DNA of 62,216 bases, counting the filler, from Squatina squatina (taxonomy: Eukaryota), in assembly GCA_031763465.1 (NCBI GenBank). It is 3 parts of 3 records of this genome, joined end to end, with 100 filler letters (N's around TTAATTAATTAA, not from the genome) between each part and the next. Parts side by side here need not be neighbours in the genome. Positions count along the whole stretch, not along the records: positions 15,788 to 35,787 come from JARFOE010000115.1; positions 35,888 to 62,216 come from JARFOE010000219.1; 1 more part is not named here. The stretch is one strand, 5' to 3'. Shown here in pieces: positions 25,190-37,285 of this stretch (the stretch's first letter is position 1; the number at the start of each line of letters is the position of its first letter). Made by a program: the position numbers and the translations under genes. The notes under the pieces were generated by a model, which worked only from the letters and a program-made list of their open reading frames with translations, was not told the DNA's origin and ran no database searches.

Positions 25190-25545
25190 GATTATTCCCA
25201 GTGCTAATACCTTTTGAGATCCTGCTTTTTAACTTCCTCCTACCTCCTGAAACTCTGACTACAGGACTTAAACCCTTTTCCTTCCTATGGACCACGACTT
25301 CTGGCTGTTTCCCCCCACCTCAGAATATTCTGCACCAATGTTCCCCCTGACTTCTTTTGGCTGTCCAGCCCTTTAACGTACTGCACAGCCCATTCAAAAT
25401 TGTCACACATGCATGTTTTTTTTCATTTAAAAGCTGGTGAGCGGCCTGCGTGGGACTTCAGACCAGCCGCGCAGCTTAACAGGAATGTTCTGCACCCTCT
25501 CAGTGATGTCCTTTACCCTGGAACCAATGACCACGCATCACGCCG
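25190..25545 (-). mobile_element. CR1 ORF1 (esterase) fragment split by a MITE
   Basis: Minus-strand remnants resembling the PG.RVKDI and SKG.ISTGIIP parts of the esterase at 49133-49548. Confidence 0.55.
25336..25487. mobile_element. hAT-type MITE, copy 2
   Basis: Starts CAATGTTCCCCCT and shares the internal CACAGCCCATTCAAAAT with copy 1. Right TIR is damaged. 8-bp TSD TTCTGCAC at 25328-25335 and 25488-25495. Confidence 0.78.
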
Positions 25546-25547
25546 GA

Positions 25548-25679
25548 CTCATAAGAAATAGGAACAGGAGTAGGCTATTCACACCTCGAGCCTGCTCCAC
25601 CCTTCAATGAGATCATGGCTGATCTGATTCTGGCCTCAACTCCACTTTCCTGCCTGTTCCCCATAACCTTTGACTCCCC
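25548..25679 (-). mobile_element. CR1 3' UTR
   Basis: Reverse complement of the tail at 14975-15100. Confidence 0.85.
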
Positions 25680-25799
25680 NNNNNNNNNNNNNNNNNNNNN
25701 NNNNNNNNNNNNNNNNNNNNNNNNNNNNNNNNNNNNNNNNNNNNNNNNNNNNNNNNNNNNNNNNNNNNNNNNNNNNNNNGAAAAGTTATTGCCCCAACG

Positions 25800-26286
25800 G
25801 GTACACTACGCAATTTCTAGCCCATACTTTAGTCATCCAGGGAGCTCTAACTTTGGATGCCTTTGCTTTCCCCATTATGGGAATGTTTCTAGTTTGTACC
25901 TGAATTGTCTCCTCTTTGAGGGTCTCCCATTGATTATTTATTGTTTTGCCTGCCAATCTTTGATCCCAGTCCATCTGGGTGAGACCCCATTCAACTTTGA
26001 AATTAGCCATCCACCAGTTGTGTATTTTCATGTTTGATTGTTCCTTGTCATCTTACATAACTATTCAAACCTGATGATATTGTGATCACTGTTCCCCAAA
26101 TGCTCTCCCACTGAAACTTGCTCCACTTGCCCTGTGCCATTCCCCAGAACTAGCTCCAGCACTGCTTACTTCCTCATTGGGCTGGAAACACACTGATCAA
26201 GAAAGTTCTCATTCACATTTCATGAATTCCTCCCCCCCTTTGCCCTTTACACTGTTATTTCTCCAGTCTATATTGGGATAATTGAA
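25800..26286 (-). mobile_element. CR1 ORF2 fragment
   Basis: NWWMANFK...DWDQRLAGKTINNQWETLKEE...APWMTK, the CR1 linker region. Confidence 0.8.
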
Positions 26287-26386
26287 NNNNNNNNNNNNNN
26301 NNNNNNNNNNNNNNNNNNNNNNNNNNNNNNNNNNNNNNNNNNNNNNNNNNNNNNNNNNNNNNNNNNNNNNNNNNNNNNNNNNNNNN

Positions 26387-26897
26387 CGAAGTGAAACAAT
26401 GCAGCTTTCAGCCCCTTCTGCCTTTTAAAAAAAATAACATTAAAAAGAAGTCCCAAATGCGAATAACGCTAACCCTAAATGGCTCAGCAAACCAGGGAAG
26501 GGGCAACCAAGGTCTCGCACGCAGCACTCCAGCTTTGTACAGGGGTCAACACTGCAAGAGAGTTTCTCTACCCACAGGGGCCAGGAGGCCCTCCAGAAAG
26601 AAGGACGTGGGAGTTCATCACCGAGGCCGTCCAATACCTTAAAACCAAAGTTACCTGAATAATGTTTATTCAGGTGCAGACATCGCCACTGTCAGCCTGC
26701 TTGAACGCCAGGTTGCACATCGATTGTCACCATGCTGCCATTTTTTTCTTTCAGGGCACTACTGACAGCGCAAAGGGGGACACGAATATAGCGGTCACCA
26801 GGGGACCCGCCACCAGCTGGCGAATGAGTGGCAGCTGCCATTTTATCACCATTTCATGGCACTATGGAGTGAGGCTCAACAGATGAACTTCTAGCCC
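26387..26897. mobile_element. Harbinger-like element end
   Basis: GC-richer block ending GAACTTCTAGCCC, as at 8060-8073. Confidence 0.5.
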
Positions 26898-26899
26898 AT

Positions 26900-27160
26900 C
26901 GCCTCTACGTCTTCCCCAGCAAACCCTTTCTTAATTTTAAAGACCTCTATCAGGTCATCCCTCAGCCTTCTCTTTTCTAGAGAAAAGAGCCCCATTCTGT
27001 TCAGTCTTTCCTGGTAAGTATATCCTCACAGTTCTGGCATCATGCTTGTGAATGGATTTTGAACTTCCTCCAGTGCCTCCATATCCTTTATAGGATATGG
27101 AGACCAGGACTGTACACAGTTACCCAAGTGCGGTCTAACCAAGTTGAACATAACTTCTCC
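26900..27160 (-). mobile_element. CR1 ORF2 C-terminal fragments
   Basis: Minus strand LVRPHLGNCVQSWSP and GLFSLEKRRLRDDLIEVFKI. Confidence 0.8.
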
Positions 27161-27856
27161 AGTATCAACCAATGTATAGCCCATTACTCCCTGACTCCTT
27201 TCCTGCTTGGGCTTAAATAAATCCAGCAGGAGTCAGTTACATTACTGCCGATGACAGGCCTGTGAAACTCAGCAGCTCTTGGTTCAAAGAAACATTCATT
27301 GCTCACAAATGTGAGCTAAAAAAAAACACCTAATGATATATCACTGCCGCAAAACAGAGCCAGCCCGAGAGAACCGCAGGTTCAATTACCACAGCTCCAG
27401 AATATAAAATTCCTTTTAAAAATACATCAATCCATCTCCAGGTTGTTACTTGACTCCATTTATATTACCGAGTTGTCAATTCCCATTTGTCACCAGCAAA
27501 TGAATATTTAAAGTTTAATAAATAAAAGAGAAATCTAATTAGATCTCACCACTTTAGCGAGTCCAGATCTGCCTCTCAACACAAATCCCAAAGGAGCAGA
27601 TTGAGGCCTGTGGCTATTGTGATCCCAATCACAAGACAAACAAACTGTCTGATGAGTAAACGCCCAACAGCACTTGTAGCAATTCTGTGATTCTGTGTGT
27701 TACACCTTGCTGGTTGCTAAACCTCTGATTAAAGCTGCAGATTACACACCAGTGTGNNNNNNNNNNNNNNNNNNNNNNNNNNNNNNNNNNNNNNNNNNNN
27801 NNNNNNNNNNNNNNNNNNNNNNNNNNNNNNNNNNNNNNNNNNNNNNNNNNNNNNNN

Positions 27857-27960
27857 GTCTCATCCAAAAGATGGCACCTCCGACATTGCAGCACGCCCTC
27901 AGCACTGCACTGGAGTGGGTCTTAAACCCACAAACCTCTGACTCAGAGGTGAGAGTGACA
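27857..27960 (-). mobile_element. DeuSINE 5' fragment
   Basis: Reverse complement of CTCCAGTGCAGT-CTGAGGG-GTGCTGCA..GTCGGAGGTGCC.TCTTT.GGATGAGAC. Confidence 0.75.
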
Positions 27961-28472
27961 GAAAATCTCCAAGGCCTGTGCCATCAACCAGGGTAACAGT
28001 AGATGGGAGTGCTATAGGCGGCCTTGGCAATCCTGAGCTGCACCGAGCAGCTTACTGCAGGTGATGTTACTCCGGTTTAAAATGTGGCCATAATTCAATG
28101 GTCAGCATAGGCAATGACTTATTCACTGTTCCACGTTACCGCAGAGGATTGGGTGAAGCAGTGAAATTCACACGGAGCACCTGTGTGTGGCTGGCTCAGT
28201 TATGGTAACGAGCGCCCTGGAACGTAACCAGATTAATGAAGTAATTTCCTGTTAATTCACATCTCCCATGCCAAATAATATGCACACAGAACCACATTGT
28301 GAAAGTACATGAGTCAGCAGTTTGGTTTTGTATGTGTCGGGTATACAATGTCTTCAAACAATGATATGCTAACACACCAAGTACCATATAAAGCTCAGCA
28401 GAAACCCATAGCAGACTTCACCAATACGGACATGTCTAACTTGTTTAACTAATTTTCAATCATTTCAAACAG

Positions 28473-29374
28473 TGAATGGAAGAGTTATCATCAATGTGGA
28501 AGGCCACTATCCAACGTTATTCATGTACAATCTGGATGGTAAGAAGGACTGCGCTATCATAACCTTAACTAAATATGGCATGAAGCTAGAGGTTCTCCCT
28601 GCAAAGACTGGAGATCACAAGTTAAAGATCTATGCCAGACTGTGGAATGCTGAAGATGAGGCGTATTCCTTCATATGTTCTTATTTGGTTAAATGTGAGT
28701 CTATTGATGAAAACTTCAAACTGCCAAAGGCATTCCACAATCCTATTGGTCCTAGTTGGCTTACTGAGACAAAGGGACTCATTCAGCCCTCACACCCCGA
28801 GCCCATCATTTACTGCAATGAAGGAAAATGTACAGTAAGGTTTATGCTGAATAAAGAACTCTCTTTCACCAGCAAACTGTCAAGTGACGATGTCAGCTTG
28901 GCAGACAAGGACTTGAGAAGTCACGTCTTCAAAACTCATCAAGGCAATTGGGTGGAATTCAAGATCCAACTGCCTCGAGCGGGGCTTTACGTTTTTGCAA
29001 TCTTTGCCAAGGAAAAGGCGAGTAACATCCCCACGCATGACCATGTGTGTGAATACTTCATCTCCTGTGTAAATCGGAATGTCCACTGGCATGGCTTCCC
29101 TAAAATTTACAGCTCCTGGACTGACGGGTGCGAATTGGTAGAGCCTCTCTCTGGGATTCTGCCACGTAACCAGATAGTGAAATTCAAGCTTAGAATCCCC
29201 CATGTCAGAAAGGTTCAAGTATATGGAAAAGGGGCATGTCCCCTGAGCATGACAAAGGACGGCTTCTGGGAAGGACTTTGCAACACACAAGACGCCAAGT
29301 TCCTCAATATTGGAGTTTCAGACAAAATGTTTGACACTAAGTTTACATTTGCCCTTCAATATGAGGTAGCTTAG
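28473..29374 (+). CDS. KY: Kyphoscoliosis peptidase, large last coding exon
   Basis: ACAG acceptor at 28471-28472 and about 300 intact codons: VNGRVIINVEGHYPTLFMYNLDGK...GMKLEVLP...HNPIGPSW...PSHPEPII...LVEPLSGILP...GFWEGLC...ALQYEVA*. Colinear with the mammalian KY C-terminal half; tail-to-tail with CEP63; AATAAA at 29459-29464. Confidence 0.93.
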
Positions 29375-29769
29375 ACATAGACTGGATAAGGATAAAACAC
29401 AATGAATATCTATTGTCATTCACCATTCATAGCAAAAATTATGCTGCTTGCTATTAAGAATAAAAGTGCTTTATAAAAACACNNNNNNNNNNNNNNNNNN
29501 NNNNNNNNNNNNNNNNNNNNNNNNNNNNNNNNNNNNNNNNNNNNNNNNNNNNNNNNNNNNNNNNNNNNNNNNNNNNNNNNNNAAATCACGGGTCTGCCCG
29601 CGCTGAGCAGACCCGACAGGCAGCAACGGAAGAAGCAATCGCAATCATTAGTGGCTTGTTTACAGCCACTTAATAATACTTTTTTCTCAGCTTGTTGATT
29701 TTGACAGGTCATCCACTGGTTTCCCACTGTGTCTAGACCTCGTCAGTAAAGCTGAGGTGGGAGGTCACT

Positions 29770-30035
29770 TGCCTTGTCATAAAACAAAATTTAATACCAA
29801 GCCACAAAATAAGAAATTAAGGCAGGTGACCAAGAGCTTGGTCAAAGTGGTAGGTCTTAAGGAGCATCTTATTAGGAGGAAAGGAGAGGTAGAGAAGCGG
29901 AGAGGTTTAAGGAGGGAATTCCAGAGTTTAGGGCCTAGGCAGCTGAAGGCACGGCTGCTAATGGTGGAGCGATGAAAACTGGAGATGCGCAAGTGGCCAG
30001 AATTGGAGGAGCGCAGCGATATCGAAGGGTTGGAG
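29770..30035 (-). mobile_element. L2 LINE 3' end
   Basis: RSTISSRAFSCLGPKLWNSL, the L2 ORF2 C-terminus, plus 3' UTR. Confidence 0.8.
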
Positions 30036-30282
30036 GAGGGCCCCTCCCGCGCTCATATGCCACTTCCCGGCACTGACATCACTTTGATAAGCAGAACTTT
30101 TTTTTTTCAAATTTATGAGGATAATGCTACGGAGACAAAGCAACGAATGAATATACACTGGGACCCCGGTATAATGCGGTCCATGGGTTCCGGATCGCGG
30201 GGTCCTTTTAAAGTGCCGATTTAACACGGGTCGTTACGAGTTCCGTGCTATAGTGGTGTCCCAGTGTAGTTAGTTTCAATAC

Positions 30283-30480
30283 CTTAATTTCTTTTGCTTT
30301 CCTATCAGTTTTTTGCACTTCATCTCGAAGCTGTCGCTCCATGTTGGAGGCGCTTGTGCTCATAGTCGCGATTGTTACATCCCGCTGGTGCAGTTCTGTG
30401 GTCAGCTGCGAGACTTCCAACTTCATCCCCTCCAACTCAGAGTGACGTTGCTGCTCGACACAATTCAACTGGTCTCTCAG
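30283..30480 (-). CDS. CEP63: Centrosomal protein 63, internal coiled-coil exon
   Basis: 198 bp, AG/GT bounded, phase 0. Translates LRDQLNCVEQQRHSELEGMKLEVSQLTTELHQRDVTIATMSTSASNMERQLRDEVQKTDRKAKEIK. Confidence 0.88.
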
Positions 30481-30947
30481 CTGTTACAAAAGGAAAACAC
30501 TGCGTTAATGGAGGAATCATTAAAGGAACTCCTTCTTCAGCTCTTTCAGGTGTGCCGGAGGTAGATGCCCTCCCAGCTGACTCTCAATATCGTCCATGTG
30601 ACCGTCCTCCATTATGTTAAAAGGATGTCACCACTCACAATGGAACACTGAAGTGACAGATATGTGACAAACTAAGCCCTTTTGTGCTGTGATCTTCCCA
30701 TGTACATTGATTGGCGTCTGCATGGAGACCAATAGAATTCACTGAATGTCCCATTTCTAGCCTGTTCAGACATCTAAAATTTAACTGCTATGAAACCATA
30801 ATGGAGAAATCCAGGTTTCAGGTCGAGTAGCTTCAGCCAATTCCCCGNNNNNNNNNNNNNNNNNNNNNNNNNNNNNNNNNNNNNNNNNNNNNNNNNNNNN
30901 NNNNNNNNNNNNNNNNNNNNNNNNNNNNNNNNNNNNNNNNNNNNNNN

Positions 30948-31150
30948 CTCGCGGTCCCAGCCCCTCTCTCGCGGTCCCAGCCCCTCGCCCCACTCCTCGC
31001 CAGCGGTCCCAGCCCCTACTCCCACTCCTTGATCGCGGCCCGAGCACCTCCCCCCACTCCTCAATCGCGGTCTGAGCACCCCAATCCCACTCCCCAAGAT
31101 CAGCAGGGGCTCCACATCCCCGACTCTCTAGGCATGCCACCCACTCCTGG
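30948..31150. repeat. C-rich minisatellite
   Basis: Repeated CGCGGTCCCAGCCCC and CCCACTCC units beside a gap. Confidence 0.8.
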
Positions 31151-31326
31151 GCTTGTGCCCTCCGTACCCACCTCCCCGTACTTTTAAAATCATGGCCACT
31201 GTTTATCACCATCCCACCGGGTTTGCAATATCCTCCTCTCGTGGACTGAAACTAGTAAGATGCAGCCAACTTGTAAGTACGTGTGATCGCTTTCGATTGT
31301 GGTATGGAGAGAAGCTTTGCTCCTAC

Positions 31327-31504
31327 CTCTGCGTGTTTCTGGTCAAGCAATAATCGAATGGCACTGAGCTCCTGTTCTCGGACCTTCAGCCTGGTTTCCA
31401 CTGACTGGAACTGCGCCTCCCATTCAGACTTCTTCTGGGCTACCATGATATCGATCTGCTTCATCAGCTCTTGTAATTCAGCCTCGCAGGTGGTAAGGGC
31501 ACTG
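31327..31504 (-). CDS. CEP63: CEP63 second coding exon (N-terminal CEP63/DEUP1 domain)
   Basis: 178 bp. Translates [59 protein letters not shown], then a GTAGG donor. Position between KY and AMOTL2 favours CEP63 over DEUP1. Confidence 0.92.
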
Positions 31505-31599
31505 CTGCAACTTGATTTAGTCAAGGCCAGTAGAATCAGAGGGAGAAAGAAATTTGGAAGTTTACAAACAGACTCCATTCCCCAATGACTTGGGGTGTA

Positions 31600-31930
31600 A
31601 AGGCACCGTCTAGTGAAACACTGAGTCAACAGGGCCTGGCCTGTCAATGTTCATTCTCGGTCTGTGCTGACCTAGTTGGGGGATTACAACTGGTCTGAGA
31701 GAAGCTGGCCAAGGGAGGGAGGAACAACAAAGTTAGCCGGGGTCCCTGATCCCAATCACTCTGCAGTGAACCTTGCTGGAGTGCAGACGTACACAAGATC
31801 AGGACAATGCCCAGCTCTGATATCTTCTACAGTCAAAAAAGTCGTTGGCATTCACTCATGGGCGCACACTTCGTGTATAGACTCAGGTGAGGAACAGGCA
31901 CTTTGGTGAAATACCAGAACACTGTTAACT
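31600..31930 (+). mobile_element. Old SINE-like interspersed repeat
   Basis: Contains GGTCTGTGCTGA after a degenerate B-box-like segment, with a related short piece at about 22240-22280. Family assignment from recall only. Confidence 0.4.
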
Positions 31931-32402
31931 CAATAGAAATATAGCCAGTGTCTTCAATAGGGGAAACGAAAAACAAATTGTCAAAAAGGTTTCGTCATAG
32001 CTTTTCTCAGTATTTAGGTTGGTTTCATTTTTGCTTGTTATCCTTCAGTTTTCTGTATGATATTTCTCATCAACCCTTAAGGTGATGACTTGTGCAGGGG
32101 AATATTTCATATGCAACAACAATGCTTCAAGTGGTTATTTTTAACATCTTGGCAGTAAATAATAACCTATTCGGCTGTAGGGGCCATCACACCTAAAGGT
32201 AACACTATGATTCTGCTACTGGACTAACAACCCAGAGGTTTGGTTCAAACCCCACTGTGGCAAATTGGGAGCTTGGATTAAATAATCTGATAATTTGTGG
32301 GCNNNNNNNNNNNNNNNNNNNNNNNNNNNNNNNNNNNNNNNNNNNNNNNNNNNNNNNNNNNNNNNNNNNNNNNNNNNNNNNNNNNNNNNNNNNNNNNNNN
32401 NN

Positions 32403-32620
32403 CATGGTGCACCAGTAATGAAGGGAATGGATGCTTAATCTGGTGGATGGGAGTGCCAATCAAATGGATTGCTTTGTGCTGGATGGTGTCGAGCTTCTTG
32501 TGTGTTGTTGGAGCTGCACCCATCCAGGCAAGTGGACAGTATTCCATCACACTGCTGGCATATGCCTTATAGGTGGTGGAGTGGCTTTGGAGAGTCAGGA
32601 GTTGAGCCACTTGCCATTCC
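32403..32620 (-). mobile_element. CR1/L2-group LINE RT C-terminal fragment
   Basis: TTYKAYASSVMEYCPLAWMGAAPTTHKKLDTIQHKAIHLIG. Confidence 0.78.
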
Positions 32621-32899
32621 AGCCCCTCCCTGCTCCACATTAAGTTAGGTATTGTTTTTTAAACATAACTTTTTGGTGGTGGCCTCCAGCAGTCTCTTTG
32701 AGGACCACTGGTTAGGCCACATGTGGATAGATAATCCTGAATGGAGCAGGCCTAATGCCATTGTTCATCCGTAGCACATGCTCTGTCCACTGTAAACTCG
32801 ATGTGCACTCCAGGTGAAGGTCGATCCCTGTGTGTCTGAAAGAACAGTGAGCCACTCAGTCCAGACTTCTTCACAAATGGCCACTAGTCCACAACTCTG

Positions 32900-33068
32900 C
32901 CCCCTGTCTTCTATCCCGCACTAAATCCTACTCACCCCATCATCCCTCTCCTCTGCAACCTTCATTAGCCCACCATTTCCCAACACATACATTTCAATAT
33001 CATCCTCCTCACTTACAAATCCGTCCATGGCCTTGCCACTCACTCCCTCTGCAACCTCCTTCAGTCCT
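32900..33068 (+). mobile_element. L2 ORF2 C-terminal fragment
   Basis: PIIPLLCNLH*P...IHFNIILLTYKSVHGLA, a decayed HITP.L..LHWLP motif. Confidence 0.6.
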
Positions 33069-33072
33069 TCAA

Positions 33073-33970
33073 AATGAAGTTCGGGACCTAGAATGTCAGG
33101 ACCCTCATGGATAACCCCAACAGCAACAGACCTGAACGCTGTACTACTACCATAGCCCGGGAACTCAGACACTATGATATCGACATTACCGCCCTGAGCA
33201 AGACACGGCGGGCAGGAGAAGCCCAACTCAAGGAACAAGGCAGCCGATACACCTTCTGGAAAGGTAAGCCAGAGGAAGAACGCCGTCCCCATGGGGTTGG
33301 CTTCGCCATAAAAAATGAACTAGTTGGGGCGTCTTGGTGAGTCCCCTTTTGGGATAAACGAACGCCTCATGACCCTTCGACTCATTCTAACCCGGAACCA
33401 GTAAACCACAGTGGTTAGTGTGTACACCCCAACTCTAGAAGCAATGGATGAGGCCAAAGAGGAATTCTACTCCAGCCTTGAGCAATCCCTGTTCTGTGTC
33501 CTAAAGGAAGACAAGCTGATTGTCCATGGCAATTTCAATGCCAGAGTCAGGAAGGATGCAAACCTCTGGAAAGGCGTGATTGACAGGGAAGGAGTAGGGA
33601 AAGCAAACTCCAACGGAGTCCTCCTCCTGACGAAATGCTTAGAACATGGTCTTGTCATAACCAACACCCTATTTCGTCAGAGAGACAAAACCTCATGTCA
33701 ACACCCTCGCTCCAGGCATTGGCACCTACTTGACTACATCATCGTTCGAGCGAGAGACCACAAGAATGTCCGCATCACCCCCACCGTGACAGGAGCCGAT
33801 GACTGCTGGACCGACCACTGCCTAATCCGCTCTATTATTTCCATCAACCTGGCCCAAAAATGACAGTGGCAACAAAAACACTGCCGCAGAAGAGTCAATG
33901 TCGTAGAACTCAAAGATCCCGCGAAGAAAACCCTACTCAGCTAACGTCTCACAACCAACCTGGCGATGCT
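33073..33970 (+). mobile_element. RTE-clade LINE, APE endonuclease region with stops
   Basis: MKFGT*NVRTL...DITALSKTR...HGVGFAI...SVYTPT...HGNFNARV...LLDYIIVR...WTDHCLI. Confidence 0.9.
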
Positions 33971-34619
33971 CAAGTTGGTCGGGCGGCAGTGAGAGGCAAA
34001 TTAAAAGAGCATGAACAGAGGCCCAGCAGCATCAGAAGCTGAGCAGACCTNNNNNNNNNNNNNNNNNNNNNNNNNNNNNNNNNNNNNNNNNNNNNNNNNN
34101 NNNNNNNNNNNNNNNNNNNNNNNNNNNNNNNNNNNNNNNNNNNNNNNNNNTGAAACAAGACAGCGTTGTCACATTTAAGGGGAGGCTTGGTGCTTCCATG
34201 AGGGAGATGGGAATCAAGGGTCACGGGGGTGGTGGGGCAGGGTCATTCGAGGTAACTAAAAAGTGGGAGGAGGCTCATGTGGAGTATGAACACCAGCACA
34301 AACCAGTCAGGCTGAATGAACTGTTTCCGTGCTGCAGATTCTATGTAAGTCGATGCACTTTGAGTGAAAGAATATTTGGTGTATCTACAGCTTGAGTTGC
34401 AAACCCTTGGCCAGCTTCATTTTCATTTTAACGCTTTGCTTTCCCAGGTCACCCAGATTTATTCAGGACCCGCACCCCTGGGCGGTCAGCTTTCGATAGT
34501 TGGCAGGCGTCATTGAGCAGTTTGCCACTACGCTCAGTAACAGCCCCCCTTTGGACTCGCATATCCGTTGCTCCCCTCTCCCAACCTGCTAAAACACTCA
34601 ATTGTAGTTTTCATTTGCG

Positions 34620-34720
34620 ATACAGGGCTACAACTGAAGCATTAACCCTCCCTGCTCTCTCCACGGGTGTCGACAGACCCGCTGCCAATCCCCAGCACTC
34701 CCTGTGTCTCCTTTTCTTTG
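34620..34720 (+). mobile_element. Highly diverged Penelope-type terminal-repeat fragment
   Basis: CTGAAGCATTAAC...CTCTCTCCACGGGTGT...GACCCGCTG...CCAGCA aligns by eye to the minus strand of 12845-12910. Confidence 0.4.
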
Positions 34721-35143
34721 TGGCTGCTGTTGTACGCTGCATTACCAGGTGAAAAGCAACTGGTTCTTCACACCGTTTTCCACTGAAGGAGTTAACGTCA
34801 CTGTGGAAGTTAGCAGCAGATTCTTTGACTCACTTCACTGTCTATGTGAAGCCGATTGGCTTTCAGTTATTTCAGCAGAAACATTAATGAGCTGTACATT
34901 CCGCAGATATTTTCTGCAAATGAACAAACAACCAGGGCTCTTTCAAAGGTCAATAGCTATTTTCTGACAGTGGGAACAATGTGAATAACCATCAGGTCCG
35001 ATTTGGGAGATAAGGAGACAGCAGTGACCCCCTCGGCTCGGAANNNNNNNNNNNNNNNNNNNNNNNNNNNNNNNNNNNNNNNNNNNNNNNNNNNNNNNNN
35101 NNNNNNNNNNNNNNNNNNNNNNNNNNNNNNNNNNNNNNNNNNN

Positions 35144-35255
35144 GGGCTCTGGGGAAAGAACAGAGGAATGGAACTAATTGGAGAGTTCTTTCACAGAGCT
35201 GGAACAGGCACGATGGGCCGAATGGCCTCCTTCTGTGCTGTAAGATTCTGTGAAA
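35144..35255 (+). mobile_element. CR1 3' UTR
   Basis: GGCACGATGGGCCGAATGGCCTCCTTCTGTGCTGTAAGATTCT, a CR1 tail. Confidence 0.8.
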
Positions 35256-35372
35256 TATCGAACTACTCTACTGAATGATTCTACTGTTTTATAGAAAATG
35301 TCTCCATCTATATGTGTGTGTGTATGTATCTCATTGCTTTGTTTCACCTTTTAGGATCGATCCTTTAACTGA

Positions 35373-35787
<415 letters not shown>

Positions 35788-35887
35788 NNNNNNNNNNNNN
35801 NNNNNNNNNNNNNNNNNNNNNNNNNNNNNNNTTAATTAATTAANNNNNNNNNNNNNNNNNNNNNNNNNNNNNNNNNNNNNNNNNNNN
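35788..35887. other. Artificial scaffold linker (N44-TTAATTAATTAA-N44)
   Basis: Identical to the linker at 15688. Cuts AMOTL2 mid-exon. Confidence 0.93.
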
Positions 35888-37183
35888 CCAACGTTCTTGC
35901 CTGACGTGATCCCGAGCAGCGGGAACCTCGTGGAAAACCTGGAAAAATGGCACGTTGAGCTCCAAATTGTCTTTAATAGACTCTTAACAAGGCCTTAATC
36001 AGTATCGGGACTGTTCAGCGTTGACTGACCCGACACCTGGGAAAGTAGCGTGGCGGCGGGTTTACAGCGGGGTCCCGACCCACTGTCAATCATTTTAAAT
36101 TTAACAGCTGACCACCACTGATCCCACCCTCTGAGCGCCGGCAAAATTCTGACCATAGGGGCAGATGCTGTTCAGAAACCGAGAAAGCACGTGAGCGAGA
36201 GCAGGTGCATGCATGCATGTTCTGCAGGGGCCACTTAATGAGCTACTGGGAAGCACTTGAGGACAAATACATGCCAGACATGGTACAGAAGCTGCTGAAA
36301 ATTATATAGCACAGTGGCACCTCCAAAAATACATCTCCCTGGGGAAAAATGGTTGCTGTAATTGTGTTTTGCTAACTGCCTGTTGTTTTGAATTGGTTGA
36401 TGTTTCATTGAGGCTTATGACATTTCTTTGATATTGGGAGTTGGGCTCTGCTGCCTCCAACACCTCTGGTTGTTAGTTCCATCAATAAAAGAATAAGTCT
36501 GTGAAATTTGAGAAATTGACAGCTGTAACCTGATAGACCAATTTATTAATCCACTGAAATATTTGTTTAATTTATTGTAATAAAAAGCAGTTGAATGAAC
36601 AAGTGAAGTGTGGTAGATTTTATTTTACATGGTGGGAATCCTTGGTTTCTCTGGGGAATGCAAAACATACATTAAGTGAATGATTAGGCTCTTAATTTCT
36701 AATCTGTGCTGAGAAAGGAACTTGTTAACATAAGCATTGTTCCTGTCTTCTGGGTTTGTTTTGGTGTTTTGTCTGCACTGGATTGTAAGAAAATAGGGAA
36801 AATGACTCCAATAAGCCAACGCTTTAAATAATTAAACTGGGAAGACATTTCCTAATGCTGGCTATTGTACAATGCGTTTCTATTCCCAAGATTTAGATCA
36901 CTTACGGACGTCATGAGCTTGCAGCATTTTTTGGGAAATACTTGACATGGTTTCTCTACCAGGAAACATCAAGACTGGTTTGACGAGAACAACCAGAAGA
37001 TCTAGGAGCTACTAAACTGCAAATGCAAGGCGTTCTTGTTTGGGTCTACAGGCAAATGAAGGCTGAGGTCCAACAAAAAACTTNNNNNNNNNNNNNNNNN
37101 NNNNNNNNNNNNNNNNNNNNNNNNNNNNNNNNNNNNNNNNNNNNNNNNNNNNNNNNNNNNNNNNNNNNNNNNNNNNNNNNNNN

Positions 37184-37285
37184 TTGAGTTGCATGATCAG
37201 CCATGATCATATTGAATGGCGGTGCAGGCTCGAAGGGCCTAATGGCCTACTCCTGCACCTCTTTTCCATGTTTCTATGTTTCTAT
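37184..37285 (+). mobile_element. CR1 3' UTR
   Basis: GATCAGCCATGATCATATTGAATGGCGGTGCAGGCTCGAAGGGCC...TTTCTATGTTTCTAT. Confidence 0.85.

Noticed and set aside
15788-28400. EPHB1 exons or upstream KY exons expected from synteny
   Set aside because: No recognisable Eph or transglutaminase-like coding sequence was found by eye. They are probably in the gaps, so absence is not evidence of loss.
30948-31150. Repeat arrays (also 15937-16076, 22540-22700, 51432-51520) as CRISPR-like
   Set aside because: Degenerate tandem units with no unique spacers and no cas genes, in a vertebrate context.
31600-35350. ANAPC13 expected between CEP63 and AMOTL2
   Set aside because: No MDSEVQRDGRILDLIDD-like sequence was seen, and the interval contains several gaps.
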